A stretch of DNA of 24,370 bases from a virus (Duplodnaviria; Caudoviricetes): the IMG/VR virus record IMGVR_UViG_3300038809_000041, positions 1-24,370 of that record; one strand, 5' to 3'. Positions 1 to 8,365 of this stretch are shown piece after piece. A program made the position numbers and the translations under genes. Each line of letters opens with the position of its first letter. The stretch's first letter is position 1. The notes under the pieces are model-generated. The model saw only the letters and a list, made by a program, of their open reading frames with translations, ran no database searches and had not been told where the DNA came from.

Positions 1-189
1 AAGTACGCCCGCAAAGGCCTGACAGTCTCGCAGGCTTTCAGAGACGGCTTGGTCTCGCGCATAGGGCTGGAGGCGGTCGAGGCCCTAGAAGCCGACCACG
101 AACCGCGCAAACACACGATTGAAGAATTGAAGGCCATCAAGGCCGAGTACTGGGCAAAGACCAAAGAGTTGAAGGGGAGAGCAGCATGA
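1..189 (+). CDS. ninG: NinG/Rap recombination endonuclease, C-terminal fragment (5' truncated by window)
   Basis: Frame 1 reads KYARKGLTVSQAFRDGLVSRIGLEAVEALEADHEPRKHTIEELKAIKAEYWAKTKELKGRAA* (TGA 187-189). RIGxExVExLE...ELKxIxxxY resembles the NinG C-terminus. ATGA overlap with the next gene, in the usual pre-Q position. Confidence 0.75.
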   Translation, partial: KYARKGLTVSQAFRDGLVSRIGLEAVEALEADHEPRKHTIEELKAIKAEYWAKTKELKGRAA

Positions 190-872
190 TCTATTCCAGC
201 GTATCAGGAGCAGTGGTCGCTGCGTTGGCAGCGGGCGAGAAGGGATCATCCAAGGGCCAGGCATGGCAGAAGCTCTATAACTCGAACGAGGAGGACACTG
301 GCTGCCTTGCATCCCTTGGCGGGCATTCCGGGGGACTGGACCGCACTCAGGTCGACTACTGGCTGTCCGCGCGGCTCCATCACATGCTCATTCCACGCCA
401 CTGGAACGCGCTTGGAGCGAAGTACAGCAGCAACCGCGCGCGCAAGCTGCAGGCCATCACCGGTATCATCCCGCTGATAGCCAGCCCTGCGCCTGAGCTG
501 TTCGTGCACAAGGCCGTCACGGCCTGGGCGATTCCAAAGCTCAAGGGCGAACGCCGCAAAGGTCCCGCGTCCGTCTCGGTTGAGATTCCCCTCGATACTC
601 CCGCGGGCCGTCGCGAGGCAATGGTCAACGCAGCATTGGCGGCAGGCCGATCGGCTCGCGCCAAAGCAGAAGCCCAGCAAACAGATCTGATCATCCTCCC
701 CGACAGCTTCTACGACATGAACACCTGGGACCTCGACGGTACGCCGGAGTCGACGCGTTACCGGTGGCGTGACGGGATCAAGGAGAAATTGAACGGGATG
801 ATCAATGATGCTTTGGCGGAGGTGAGGAAGATCCTCGAGGAAGAAGGCCTGTTAATTCAAAATGCCGCGTGA
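186..872 (+). CDS. Putative late-gene antiterminator (Q position), 228 aa
   Basis: Lies between ninG and a promoter/terminator pair that precedes the holin and terminase genes. C-terminal helical segment (TPESTRYRWRDGIKEKL) may be HTH-like. Function is inferred from position. Confidence 0.6.
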   Translation: MIYSSVSGAVVAALAAGEKGSSKGQAWQKLYNSNEEDTGCLASLGGHSGGLDRTQVDYWLSARLHHMLIPRHWNALGAKYSSNRARKLQAITGIIPLIASPAPELFVHKAVTAWAIPKLKGERRKGPASVSVEIPLDTPAGRREAMVNAALAAGRSARAKAEAQQTDLIILPDSFYDMNTWDLDGTPESTRYRWRDGIKEKLNGMINDALAEVRKILEEEGLLIQNAA

Positions 873-879
873 TTGCCTA

Positions 880-908
880 TTGACATCGGTGAGAGAGTGA
901 GAGAAATT
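880..908 (+). promoter_or_regulatory. Late promoter (pR'-like), sigma70
   Basis: Perfect TTGACA at 880-885, 17-bp spacer, GAAATT at 903-908, directly after the Q-position gene. The spacer carries a GTGAGAGA tandem repeat. Confidence 0.7.
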
Positions 909-950
909 AACCCCATCCTGTCATTCCTGCGTGTGTAGCGGATAGACAAT

Positions 951-984
951 AAAAGCCTCGCCATTGTGCGGGGCTTTTTCGTTT
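951..984 (+). terminator. Intrinsic terminator (tR'-like)
   Basis: AAAAGCCTCGC-cattgt-GCGGGGCTTTT stem (one G-U pair) followed by TCGTTT, about 45 nt after the late promoter -10. Confidence 0.8.
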
Positions 985-1011
985 CTCATGCCCAGTCCCG
1001 GAGTCGAGTGC

Positions 1012-1338
1012 ATGGAATTCTTTCATCGCCTGCTCGACAAGTTCGACTGGCTGATCGCGGGCCTGTTTGGGGCTCTCGTCGCCACACGCTGGCACAAGGA
1101 CGACCTGACCGACCGAAAGTCATGGCTCCTGTTTCTCTTCACGGGCATGGCCTGTGCCCACTACCTGACCGGCATGGTCAGCGCATATTTTGGAATCATC
1201 GAGCCACGCAGTGTCGCCGGGGTGGGCTTCCTGTTGGGTACGTTCGGCGGATCGCTCATGGCTGCTATCACCAGAGCGATCAAAGCCGCAGACCTGTGGT
1301 CATTTATCCGGAGCAAATTCGGAGGACCAAGCCCATGA
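1012..1338 (+). CDS. Putative holin, 108 aa
   Basis: ATG 1012 with GGAG upstream. About 3 hydrophobic segments (WLIAGLFGALVA, WLLFLFTGMACAHYL, VAGVGFLLGTFGGSLMAAI). First gene of the late operon. Confidence 0.65.
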   Translation: MEFFHRLLDKFDWLIAGLFGALVATRWHKDDLTDRKSWLLFLFTGMACAHYLTGMVSAYFGIIEPRSVAGVGFLLGTFGGSLMAAITRAIKAADLWSFIRSKFGGPSP

Positions 1339-1691
1339 CATTCGAATACCTGAACGCGTACGCCGCTGGCTTCATCGCATTCTGGGCAACCTGGTGCGCG
1401 CTGAGCGGGAAGGTCCGTGACGGTGTCATCGGCAAGATTCTGTATGCAGTGATCGCCATCAGCGGTTACGCCATTCTCGCCCGGTCTGACCGTTTCTTCT
1501 TCACGCCGAACTCAGCGGGGGTAACGATGCACGTTGCGTTGGCTCTGGCCGGATTGCGTCACATGTTCATGGTCACTTACTGGCCCAGGGTGAAGCGCTG
1601 GATCTGCGCAAGGCTGAGCTGTGAGGGTTGCATGAGTGATCACCGGTTTGGAAGTGAGCCGGGCAAGGTCGAGCGCCGCAAGCCGAGATAA
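1335..1691 (+). CDS. Membrane protein, possible second holin or antiholin, 118 aa
   Basis: ATG 1335 overlaps the upstream stop (ATGA), with GGAGG RBS. About 3 hydrophobic segments and a basic C-terminus. Real start lies inside the 966..1691 ORF. Confidence 0.6.
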   Translation: MTFEYLNAYAAGFIAFWATWCALSGKVRDGVIGKILYAVIAISGYAILARSDRFFFTPNSAGVTMHVALALAGLRHMFMVTYWPRVKRWICARLSCEGCMSDHRFGSEPGKVERRKPR

Positions 1692-1732
1692 TCCGCGCCA
1701 CAAATTCAGATGCGTCCGTTTCGTGGCGCGGA
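1692..1732 (+). repeat. Perfect 10-bp inverted repeat covering the next RBS
   Basis: TCCGCGCCAC (1692-1701) and GTGGCGCGGA (1723-1732). The right arm overlaps GGAG at 1730-1733. Confidence 0.75.
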
Positions 1733-1739
1733 GTAACCC

Positions 1740-1994
1740 ATGAGCAAACTCAATGTCGTGACCTTCGAGCGTGAGGGCTGGCGTGATGCGGTTAGAACGC
1801 TGCGGAAGATCGCCGATGACCTTGAAGCTGGAGTTCATCCGGAATGCACCGTAGGCGCATTGACTCTCGTCGGCCCTAAAGGTCAGGTGACTGTGTTCGG
1901 GTTGGGACCAAAGTGCGATGACCTTCAGTGTCTGGGTGCGATGCGCCTGGGTGAGCAGAAGGTGATTGATGTGCTGCTGGACACTGACGACTGA
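1740..1994 (+). CDS. Hypothetical phage protein, 84 aa
   Basis: GGAG RBS and ATG; fills the gap between the holin module and terminase. Confidence 0.7.
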   Translation: MSKLNVVTFEREGWRDAVRTLRKIADDLEAGVHPECTVGALTLVGPKGQVTVFGLGPKCDDLQCLGAMRLGEQKVIDVLLDTDD

Positions 1995-2003
1995 GGACAA
2001 TCA

Positions 2004-2525
2004 ATGACAACCAAGCAACCCGACTGGGAGGCAATCGAACGAGCCTACCGGGCCGGTTCGCTTTCGGTTCGTGCGATAGGTGACGCCCAAGGGGTAAACC
2101 ACGCAACCATCCTCAAGCGCGCTAAGAAGGAAGGCTGGTCGAGAGACCTCACCGAACAGGTGCGTACCGCCACAAAGCAGAAAGTAACCAAGGCGGTAAC
2201 CACAGACGGTAACCACGCACCACTGGTTACTGATGCCGAGATCATTGAGGAAGCATCCGACCAGGCTGCTGCTGTCGTGTTGGCCCACCGGGCTGGATTG
2301 GCTCAGTGGCGAACCATCTCGAACAAGCTGAGCAAGTTCCTCAGTGGCGTTGATGTCACGGCAGACAATCACGGTGACTTCGCCCGCTCACTGAATGCTG
2401 GTGTCGATGCACAGCTCAAGGTCATCAAAGGGGAGCGTCAGGCCTACAACCTCGACACAGAGGAAGGCGACAAGACAGTCGATACCCTGGCCTCACTGAT
2501 GGACGAACTATCGAAGGACGCCTGA
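2004..2525 (+). CDS. Terminase small subunit
   Basis: N-terminal HTH pattern (PDWEAIERAYRAGSLSVRAIG...NHATILKRAKKEGW); immediately upstream of the large terminase. Confidence 0.8.
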   Translation: MTTKQPDWEAIERAYRAGSLSVRAIGDAQGVNHATILKRAKKEGWSRDLTEQVRTATKQKVTKAVTTDGNHAPLVTDAEIIEEASDQAAAVVLAHRAGLAQWRTISNKLSKFLSGVDVTADNHGDFARSLNAGVDAQLKVIKGERQAYNLDTEEGDKTVDTLASLMDELSKDA

Positions 2526-2526
2526 C

Positions 2527-4014
2527 ATGAAGCCCGAGCATCTGAAGTTGCTCAGGGACAAGCGCTGGCGTCTGAATCACCTGTACTTCATCACGGACAA
2601 GCAGGGCAAGAAAGTCCGCTTCCAGATGACTGACGAGCAGGTCGAGTATTACGAAGGGCTGCACACTCGAAACATCATCCTCAAGGCTCGTCAGCTGGGC
2701 TTCACGACTGAGCAGTGCATCATCCAGTTGGACGCCGCGCTGTTCGAGTCAGCGAAGTGCGCTTTGATCGCCCATACCCTGAACGACGCCAAGCGCCTGT
2801 TCCGGGAAAAGATCAAGTACGCCTATGACAACCTCCCCAAGGAGATCAAGGCAGCGAACCCTGCGAGCAACGATGCCGCCGGCGAACTGGTGTTCAGTAA
2901 GGGTGGGTCGCTCTACGTCAGCACATCATTCCGGGGCGGCACGCTGCGTTACCTGCATGTGTCAGAGTTCGGGAAGATCTGCGCCAAGTTCCCACACAAG
3001 GCCAGAGAGATCGTCACCGGGGCGTTCGAGGCGGTCGCGACCGACTGCTTCGTCACCATCGAATCGACGGCTGAGGGCAGGGCGGGTTACTTCTTCGATT
3101 ACTCGCAGAGCGCGGAGAAGCAGCAGCTTGCCGGTGTTCCGCTGGGCCTGCTGGACTGGAAGTTCTTCTTCTTCAGCTGGTGGAAGAACAAGGGCTACTG
3201 GCTCGATCCTTCGACAGCGATCATTCCTGACCGGCTGACCAAGTACTTCAATGAGTTGGCAGCCAAGCACGGAATCGTCACGAACCCGGGCCAGCGCGCC
3301 TGGTACGCAGCCAAGGAAAAGACCCTTGGCGACGACATGAAGCGGGAATACCCGTCGATACCGGCCGAGGCGTTCCAGCAGTCGATCGAGGGCGCTTACT
3401 ACGCCGCGCAGTTCCGCAAGCTCTACACCGAACAGCGCATCGGCGCGATACCGAACAACAGCCACCTGCCGGTGATGACCTTCTGGGACATCGGTGTCGG
3501 CGACTCCACGGCTATCTGGTTCGTTCGCAAGGTTGGCGAGCAGTACCACGTCATCGACTACTACGAGAACAGCGGCGAAGGCCTGCGGCATTACATGAAG
3601 GTGCTCAAGGACAAGGGTTACACCTACTCCGAGCACTGGGGGCCGCACGACATCGATAACCGCGAGTTCGGCAGCGATGCCAAGACACGCCGGGAAATCG
3701 CCCGCGAGGGATACGAGATCGACGGCCAGAAATACACGCTCACGTTCCAGGTGGTGCCGAAGATCGGCGTCAACGACGGGATCGAACAGGTGCGGGAGAT
3801 CCTGCCCCTGTGTGTGTTCGACGAGGCCAAGTGTGAGTCGGGCATCGCCTGTCTGGAGAACTACCGCAAGGAGTGGGACGACAAGCGCGGATGCTGGAAA
3901 GACAAGCCGCTGCACGACTGGACCTCTCACGGCGGTGACGCCTTCCGCTACTTCGCAGTTACCAAGAGCAGCCGCAAGCCGGTCACCTCTCTCAAAATGG
4001 GATTCGCACGCTAA
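2527..4014 (+). CDS. Terminase large subunit
   Basis: Walker A-like ILKARQLGFTT, Walker B-like YLHVSE, coupling motif ESTA, and RNase H-type nuclease motifs WDIGVGD and HDWTSHGGDAFRY. Confidence 0.93.
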   Translation: MKPEHLKLLRDKRWRLNHLYFITDKQGKKVRFQMTDEQVEYYEGLHTRNIILKARQLGFTTEQCIIQLDAALFESAKCALIAHTLNDAKRLFREKIKYAYDNLPKEIKAANPASNDAAGELVFSKGGSLYVSTSFRGGTLRYLHVSEFGKICAKFPHKAREIVTGAFEAVATDCFVTIESTAEGRAGYFFDYSQSAEKQQLAGVPLGLLDWKFFFFSWWKNKGYWLDPSTAIIPDRLTKYFNELAAKHGIVTNPGQRAWYAAKEKTLGDDMKREYPSIPAEAFQQSIEGAYYAAQFRKLYTEQRIGAIPNNSHLPVMTFWDIGVGDSTAIWFVRKVGEQYHVIDYYENSGEGLRHYMKVLKDKGYTYSEHWGPHDIDNREFGSDAKTRREIAREGYEIDGQKYTLTFQVVPKIGVNDGIEQVREILPLCVFDEAKCESGIACLENYRKEWDDKRGCWKDKPLHDWTSHGGDAFRYFAVTKSSRKPVTSLKMGFAR

Positions 4015-5465
4015 TGGCAGACGTACAATTCACCCGCCCGGAATACGACGCGGCCCAGTCCCGTTGGAGCCTGGTGCGGGACGTCTGCAAGGGGTCGGAG
4101 ACGGTCAAGAAGCGTGGCGACCTGTATCTGCCACGCCCGAACCCGAGCGACAAGACCGACGACAACAAGCTGCGTTACAAGAGCTATCAGGCCCGCGCCG
4201 TGTTCTACAACGCCACCGGGCGCACGAAGAACAGTCTCACTGGCGCTGTGTTCCGCACTTGGCCGACACTTACCGTGCCAGGCGCGCTCGACTACGTGAA
4301 CAAAGACGTGGACGGGCAGGGCATCAGCATTTATCAGCAGTCGCAGTCGGTCATCGGGCATCTGCTCGAAGTCGGGCGCCAAGGGCTGCTGGTGGACTAC
4401 CCCTCAGTCGCTTCCGGCGCCGTAAGCCGTGCAGACAGCGAGGCAAGCGGCATTCGCCCGACCATCGCCAGTTATGTGGCTGAAGCGATCATCAACTGGA
4501 AGACACGCAAGGTCGGCGGGCAATACCTGCTGAGCCTGATTGTGCTGAAGGAAGTGGTCGACAAGGACACGGCAGATGGATTCGGGGTTGAGGCAAAGGA
4601 CCAGTACCGCGTCCTGCGCTTGACCGACGAAGGCACGTATCAGCAGGAACTGTGGAGCGAAGAGAACGGCTGGGCTGAGGCCATGGACATTGTGCAGCCG
4701 CTGGACGGTGCTGGCAGGCCGTGGCGCATCATCCCGTTCATGTTCCTTGGCAGCGAAAACAACGACTCCAGCATCGACGACGCGCCGCTATACGACATGG
4801 CCGAGATCAACATCGGCCATTACCGAAACAGCGCGGACTATGAGGAAGCCAGCTACCTGGTCGGCCAGCCTCAGCCGTGGATGGCTGGACTCGACGAGCA
4901 ATGGCGTGACCACCTCGAAGAGACGGGCATCTATCTCGGCTCCCGCGCCCCGTGGCTGCTTCCCGCCAATGGTTCATGCGGGATGCTGCAGGCTCAGCCA
5001 AACACGCTCGCCAAAGAGGCCATGGACGCCAAGGAAGACCAGATGGTTGCCCTTGGTGCCCGCCTGATCGAGCGCGGCAGCGCGGTGAAGACCGCGACCC
5101 AGGCCGATAACGAAAGCGCAGCCGAACACAGCGTGCTGTCTCTCGTTGTAAGCAACGTCAGCGAGGCTTACACCCAATGCCTGATGTGGATGGCTCAGTT
5201 CCTCAACATCAGCGGCGACATCGAGTACAAGCTCAACCAGGACTTCAGCCAGATCACCCTGGACGCAACCATTCTGACCGGCCTGTTCAACGCCGTGCAG
5301 GGCGGCAAGCTGCCTGAGTCTGATTTCTGGCAGTACCTGCGTGATCGTGGGGTGATCAACCCTGAGAAGACTGACGACGAGATCCGGGGCGAACTCGAAG
5401 CCAGCACAGCAGGTTTAGGCCTGGATGACGGAGACGACGATGGCGGCCAACCAAGCGCTACTTGA
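4014..5465 (+). CDS. Portal protein (DUF4055-like), 483 aa
   Basis: Follows TerL. YLPRP...Y..RAVFYNATGRT and PLYDMAEINIGHYRNSADYE motifs are typical of this portal family. Confidence 0.85.
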   Translation: MADVQFTRPEYDAAQSRWSLVRDVCKGSETVKKRGDLYLPRPNPSDKTDDNKLRYKSYQARAVFYNATGRTKNSLTGAVFRTWPTLTVPGALDYVNKDVDGQGISIYQQSQSVIGHLLEVGRQGLLVDYPSVASGAVSRADSEASGIRPTIASYVAEAIINWKTRKVGGQYLLSLIVLKEVVDKDTADGFGVEAKDQYRVLRLTDEGTYQQELWSEENGWAEAMDIVQPLDGAGRPWRIIPFMFLGSENNDSSIDDAPLYDMAEINIGHYRNSADYEEASYLVGQPQPWMAGLDEQWRDHLEETGIYLGSRAPWLLPANGSCGMLQAQPNTLAKEAMDAKEDQMVALGARLIERGSAVKTATQADNESAAEHSVLSLVVSNVSEAYTQCLMWMAQFLNISGDIEYKLNQDFSQITLDATILTGLFNAVQGGKLPESDFWQYLRDRGVINPEKTDDEIRGELEASTAGLGLDDGDDDGGQPSAT

Positions 5466-6525
5466 TGCCACCATCCGCCACGCGGTCTTCCTCGAACGGC
5501 TCAAGGCTGGTGAAGTCGCGAAGTTCGCGCCATTCCTCAAGGAGATTGACCGCTCGCTGCGTGAGCGCCTGAACAAGGGGGACTTCACCAGCTTCACCGC
5601 GAAGCGTCTGGAAAAGCTGCTGGAAGAGGTCGACAGCCTGCTGCTGGCGATCTTCACCCGTTACACCGATCAGCTGAATCTGGATTTGATCGACCTTGCT
5701 CAGTACGAGGCCGAGTTTGAGGCCACGAGCTTGACCAAGGCTGCGCCTGTTGGTGTCAGCTTCGAGGCTGCGATACCCACGGTCACCGCGATCAGGTCCG
5801 CAATCCTCAACAATCCGCTGAGCATCAGAGGGCCAGATGGGGGCAAGCTGCTGCAGCCCTTCATCAAGGACTGGACGAGCGCCGAGCGCACGCGCATCAC
5901 TGGCGCCATTCGGCAGGGCTTCTTCGAAGGGCAGACCAATGCCCAGATCATTCAGCGTATTCGCGGCACCAAGGCGCTCAAGTACACCGATGGGCTGCTG
6001 GCAATCACTGACCGCAACGCAACAACGGTGGTGCGCACTGCCATTCAGCACGTTGCCAGCCAGGCGCGCATGGCGACGGCCAAGGCAAACAGCGATGTCG
6101 TGCTCAAGATCGAACTGGTTGCCACGCTCGACAGCAAGACCAGCCAGATTTGCCGGTCGCTGGACGGCAAGGTATTCCCACTCGAATCGGGGCCCAGGCC
6201 ACCGTTTCACCCGAACTGCCGAACCACTTTCGTCCTGGTCACCAAGTTGAGCGAGATGTTCCGCCAAGGCTCGACCCGGGCATCCAAGGGCGCAGACGGG
6301 GCAGGGCAGGTCAGCGCCGATCTGACGTATTACCAGTGGTTGCAGAAACAGCCAGCAGCGTTTCAGGACCAAGCCATCGGCAAGGCCAGGGGCAACCTGT
6401 TCCGCAATGGCGGCCTGAGCGTCAAGCGCTTCTCCGAGCTGCAACTCGACCGCAACTTTAAGCCGCTCAACCTGGCCCAGATGAAAGAACTGGAGCCTCT
6501 GGCATTCGAGCGCGCTGGCATCTGA
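5440..6525 (+). CDS. Minor head / head morphogenesis protein (SPP1 gp7 / Mu gpF-like)
   Basis: ATLDSKTSQICRSLDG...PPFHPNCRT signature. Likely start is ATG 5440 (GGAG upstream), overlapping the portal end. Confidence 0.88.
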   Translation: MAANQALLDATIRHAVFLERLKAGEVAKFAPFLKEIDRSLRERLNKGDFTSFTAKRLEKLLEEVDSLLLAIFTRYTDQLNLDLIDLAQYEAEFEATSLTKAAPVGVSFEAAIPTVTAIRSAILNNPLSIRGPDGGKLLQPFIKDWTSAERTRITGAIRQGFFEGQTNAQIIQRIRGTKALKYTDGLLAITDRNATTVVRTAIQHVASQARMATAKANSDVVLKIELVATLDSKTSQICRSLDGKVFPLESGPRPPFHPNCRTTFVLVTKLSEMFRQGSTRASKGADGAGQVSADLTYYQWLQKQPAAFQDQAIGKARGNLFRNGGLSVKRFSELQLDRNFKPLNLAQMKELEPLAFERAGI

Positions 6526-6568
6526 CCCGCTGGCTGAGCCGGCAAACCAGTCCCAGGGGGACAACTCA

Positions 6569-7288
6569 ATGAAATACCTGATCGACAAGGCCGCCTACGA
6601 CGCTTTGGAGCCATCCCTGCAAGCCTTCTACAAGGCTCAGGGTGATAACTACGTGCTGGCGGTCGAAGGGCTTCCTGCCCCGGAAGACACTGCAGGCCTG
6701 AAATCCAAGGTAGAAGAACTCCTTCGCGAGAAGAAGGAAGAGAAAACCCGGCGTGAGCAGGCTGAAGAAACCGCCCGCATGGCTGCCGAAGAGGCCGCCC
6801 GCAAGAACGGGGACACCGAAGCGCTCGAACGCAGCTGGAACGAGAAACACACCAAGGCGCTGGGCGAGAAAGAAACCGCCCTGTCCGCCGCTCACGCCCA
6901 GATTCATGCGTTGACCGTAGGCGCAACTGCTGCCCGGTTGGCCGGCGAACTGGCCGTGCAAGGATCATCCGCTGTTCTGCAGCAGATCATCGAGCCGCGC
7001 CTCAGCATGGAAATCCGTGAAGGCAAGCCGATCGTGGTCGTGCTGGACGCCGAGCGTCGGCCTTCCGCGCTGACCGTGGACGAATTCAAGGAACAACTGT
7101 TCAACGATGCCGCACTGGCGCCGTTGATTGCAGCAAGCAGGGCTACTGGCGGCGGGGCTGGCGGTGGCAAAGGCGGCGGGGCCGCGAAATCGTTCGACCA
7201 ATTGAAAGGAATGGAGCGTGTAGAGCTCCGCAAATCGAATCCCGCCGAGTACGAGCGCCTAAAGGCTGCTGCTTCGGCAAAGAAATAA
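6569..7288 (+). CDS. Capsid scaffolding protein
   Basis: Charged coiled-coil (KSKVEELLREKKEEK...) and Gly-rich linker near the C-terminus; directly before the capsid gene. Confidence 0.75.
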   Translation: MKYLIDKAAYDALEPSLQAFYKAQGDNYVLAVEGLPAPEDTAGLKSKVEELLREKKEEKTRREQAEETARMAAEEAARKNGDTEALERSWNEKHTKALGEKETALSAAHAQIHALTVGATAARLAGELAVQGSSAVLQQIIEPRLSMEIREGKPIVVVLDAERRPSALTVDEFKEQLFNDAALAPLIAASRATGGGAGGGKGGGAAKSFDQLKGMERVELRKSNPAEYERLKAAASAKK

Positions 7289-7300
7289 GGAATCCCCGCA

Positions 7301-8317
7301 ATGCCAACCATTCTCTCGGATGTAATCTTCCGCGACGAACTGCGTGATTACATCATCGTCAACTCGGTAGAGCGCACCGCTTTCTTCGAGTCTGGCATCC
7401 TGACCAGCAACAGCGACATGTCGACGCTGCTGTCGAGCCCATCCAACACCTTTACCATCCCGTGGTGGGTTGATCTGGATGCGTCTATCGAGTCGAACTA
7501 CTCGAACGACGTGTACACCGACATCGCCGTTCCGCTGTCGGTCCACACTGACAGCATGCAGGCTCGCGCTGCCTACCTCAACGAAGGCTTCAACGCGATG
7601 AACCTGGTGAAGAACATCACCAACCAAGACCCGCTGGAATACGTGGCAGGCCGCCTGTTGAGCTACTGGCGTCGAGTGGCCCAGCGCCGCGCGATTGCCA
7701 CCACCGTGGGTATCTACAACGACAACGTGGACGGCAGCGGCGGTGACATGGTCGTTGACGCCGGCGGCTCGATCAGCGCTGCTGCCGTCATCAAGGCAAA
7801 GGCCACCATGGGCGATTACTCCGGCTCTCTGGGCGGCCTGAGCGTCATCGTCATGCACTCGGCCGTTCAGACCGAGCTGCAGATTCTCAACCTGATCGAC
7901 TTCACCCCTCTGGCTGACCAGATCCCTGAGTTCGGTCGCTTCCAAGGTATGCGCGTTGTAGTCGACGACGGCATGCCTGTCATCGCTGGCACGCCGAACA
8001 AGTACCTGTCGGTCATCTTCGGGCCGGGCGCTCTGGGCTTCGCGGAAGAGACTCCGCCTGGTGAAGACGGCCTGGAATACGAACGCGCCCCAGATCGCGG
8101 CAACGGTGGCGGTACTGAGACGCTGTGGACTCGTCGCAACTTCGTGATCCACCCGCTGGGCTACAGCTTCAACAGCGCGACCATCACCGGCACTCCGACC
8201 ACTACTCGCCCGATCTCGGCGAACTGGTCTGATCTTGCACTGGCCACCAACTGGACCCGGAAGCTGGCTCGCAAGCAGATCCCGCTGGCGTTCATCACCT
8301 CCACCGTCGCTGCCTGA
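7301..8317 (+). CDS. Major capsid protein (SETP3/Jersey-like HK97 fold)
   Basis: ERTAFFESGILT, ESNYSNDVY.DIA.P, ARAAYLNEGF and ETLWTRR..VIHPLGYSF resemble SETP3-type coat proteins as I recall them. AAGGA RBS; highly biased codons. Confidence 0.88.
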   Translation: MPTILSDVIFRDELRDYIIVNSVERTAFFESGILTSNSDMSTLLSSPSNTFTIPWWVDLDASIESNYSNDVYTDIAVPLSVHTDSMQARAAYLNEGFNAMNLVKNITNQDPLEYVAGRLLSYWRRVAQRRAIATTVGIYNDNVDGSGGDMVVDAGGSISAAAVIKAKATMGDYSGSLGGLSVIVMHSAVQTELQILNLIDFTPLADQIPEFGRFQGMRVVVDDGMPVIAGTPNKYLSVIFGPGALGFAEETPPGEDGLEYERAPDRGNGGGTETLWTRRNFVIHPLGYSFNSATITGTPTTTRPISANWSDLALATNWTRKLARKQIPLAFITSTVAA

Positions 8318-8324
8318 CACTGAT

Positions 8325-8345
8325 CCGGCCTCTAATCGGGGCCGG
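8325..8345 (+). other. Hairpin after the capsid gene (mRNA stabiliser or weak terminator)
   Basis: CCGGCCTC-taatc-GGGGCCGG with no U-tract. Confidence 0.5.
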
Positions 8346-8365
8346 TCTACCTGAAGGAGAACATC

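Noticed and set aside
873-1011. Possible tRNA after Q, as in some lambdoid phages
   Set aside because: No cloverleaf or TTCRA T-loop; the space is taken up by the promoter and terminator.
964-1334. Upstream extensions of ORFs 964..1338 and 966..1691
   Set aside because: They start inside the terminator. Better starts with RBSs are at 1012 and 1335.
2947-2973. TerL Walker B reads LHVSE rather than hhhhDE
   Set aside because: The catalytic Glu is retained and I recall this variant in other terminases; it is not evidence of inactivation.
2962-3930. 322-aa minus-strand ORF (and similar long antisense ORFs at 5458..6588, 7259..8389 and 16927..17934)
   Set aside because: They mirror well-supported plus-strand genes, as expected for GC-rich biased codons, and show no motifs or RBS.
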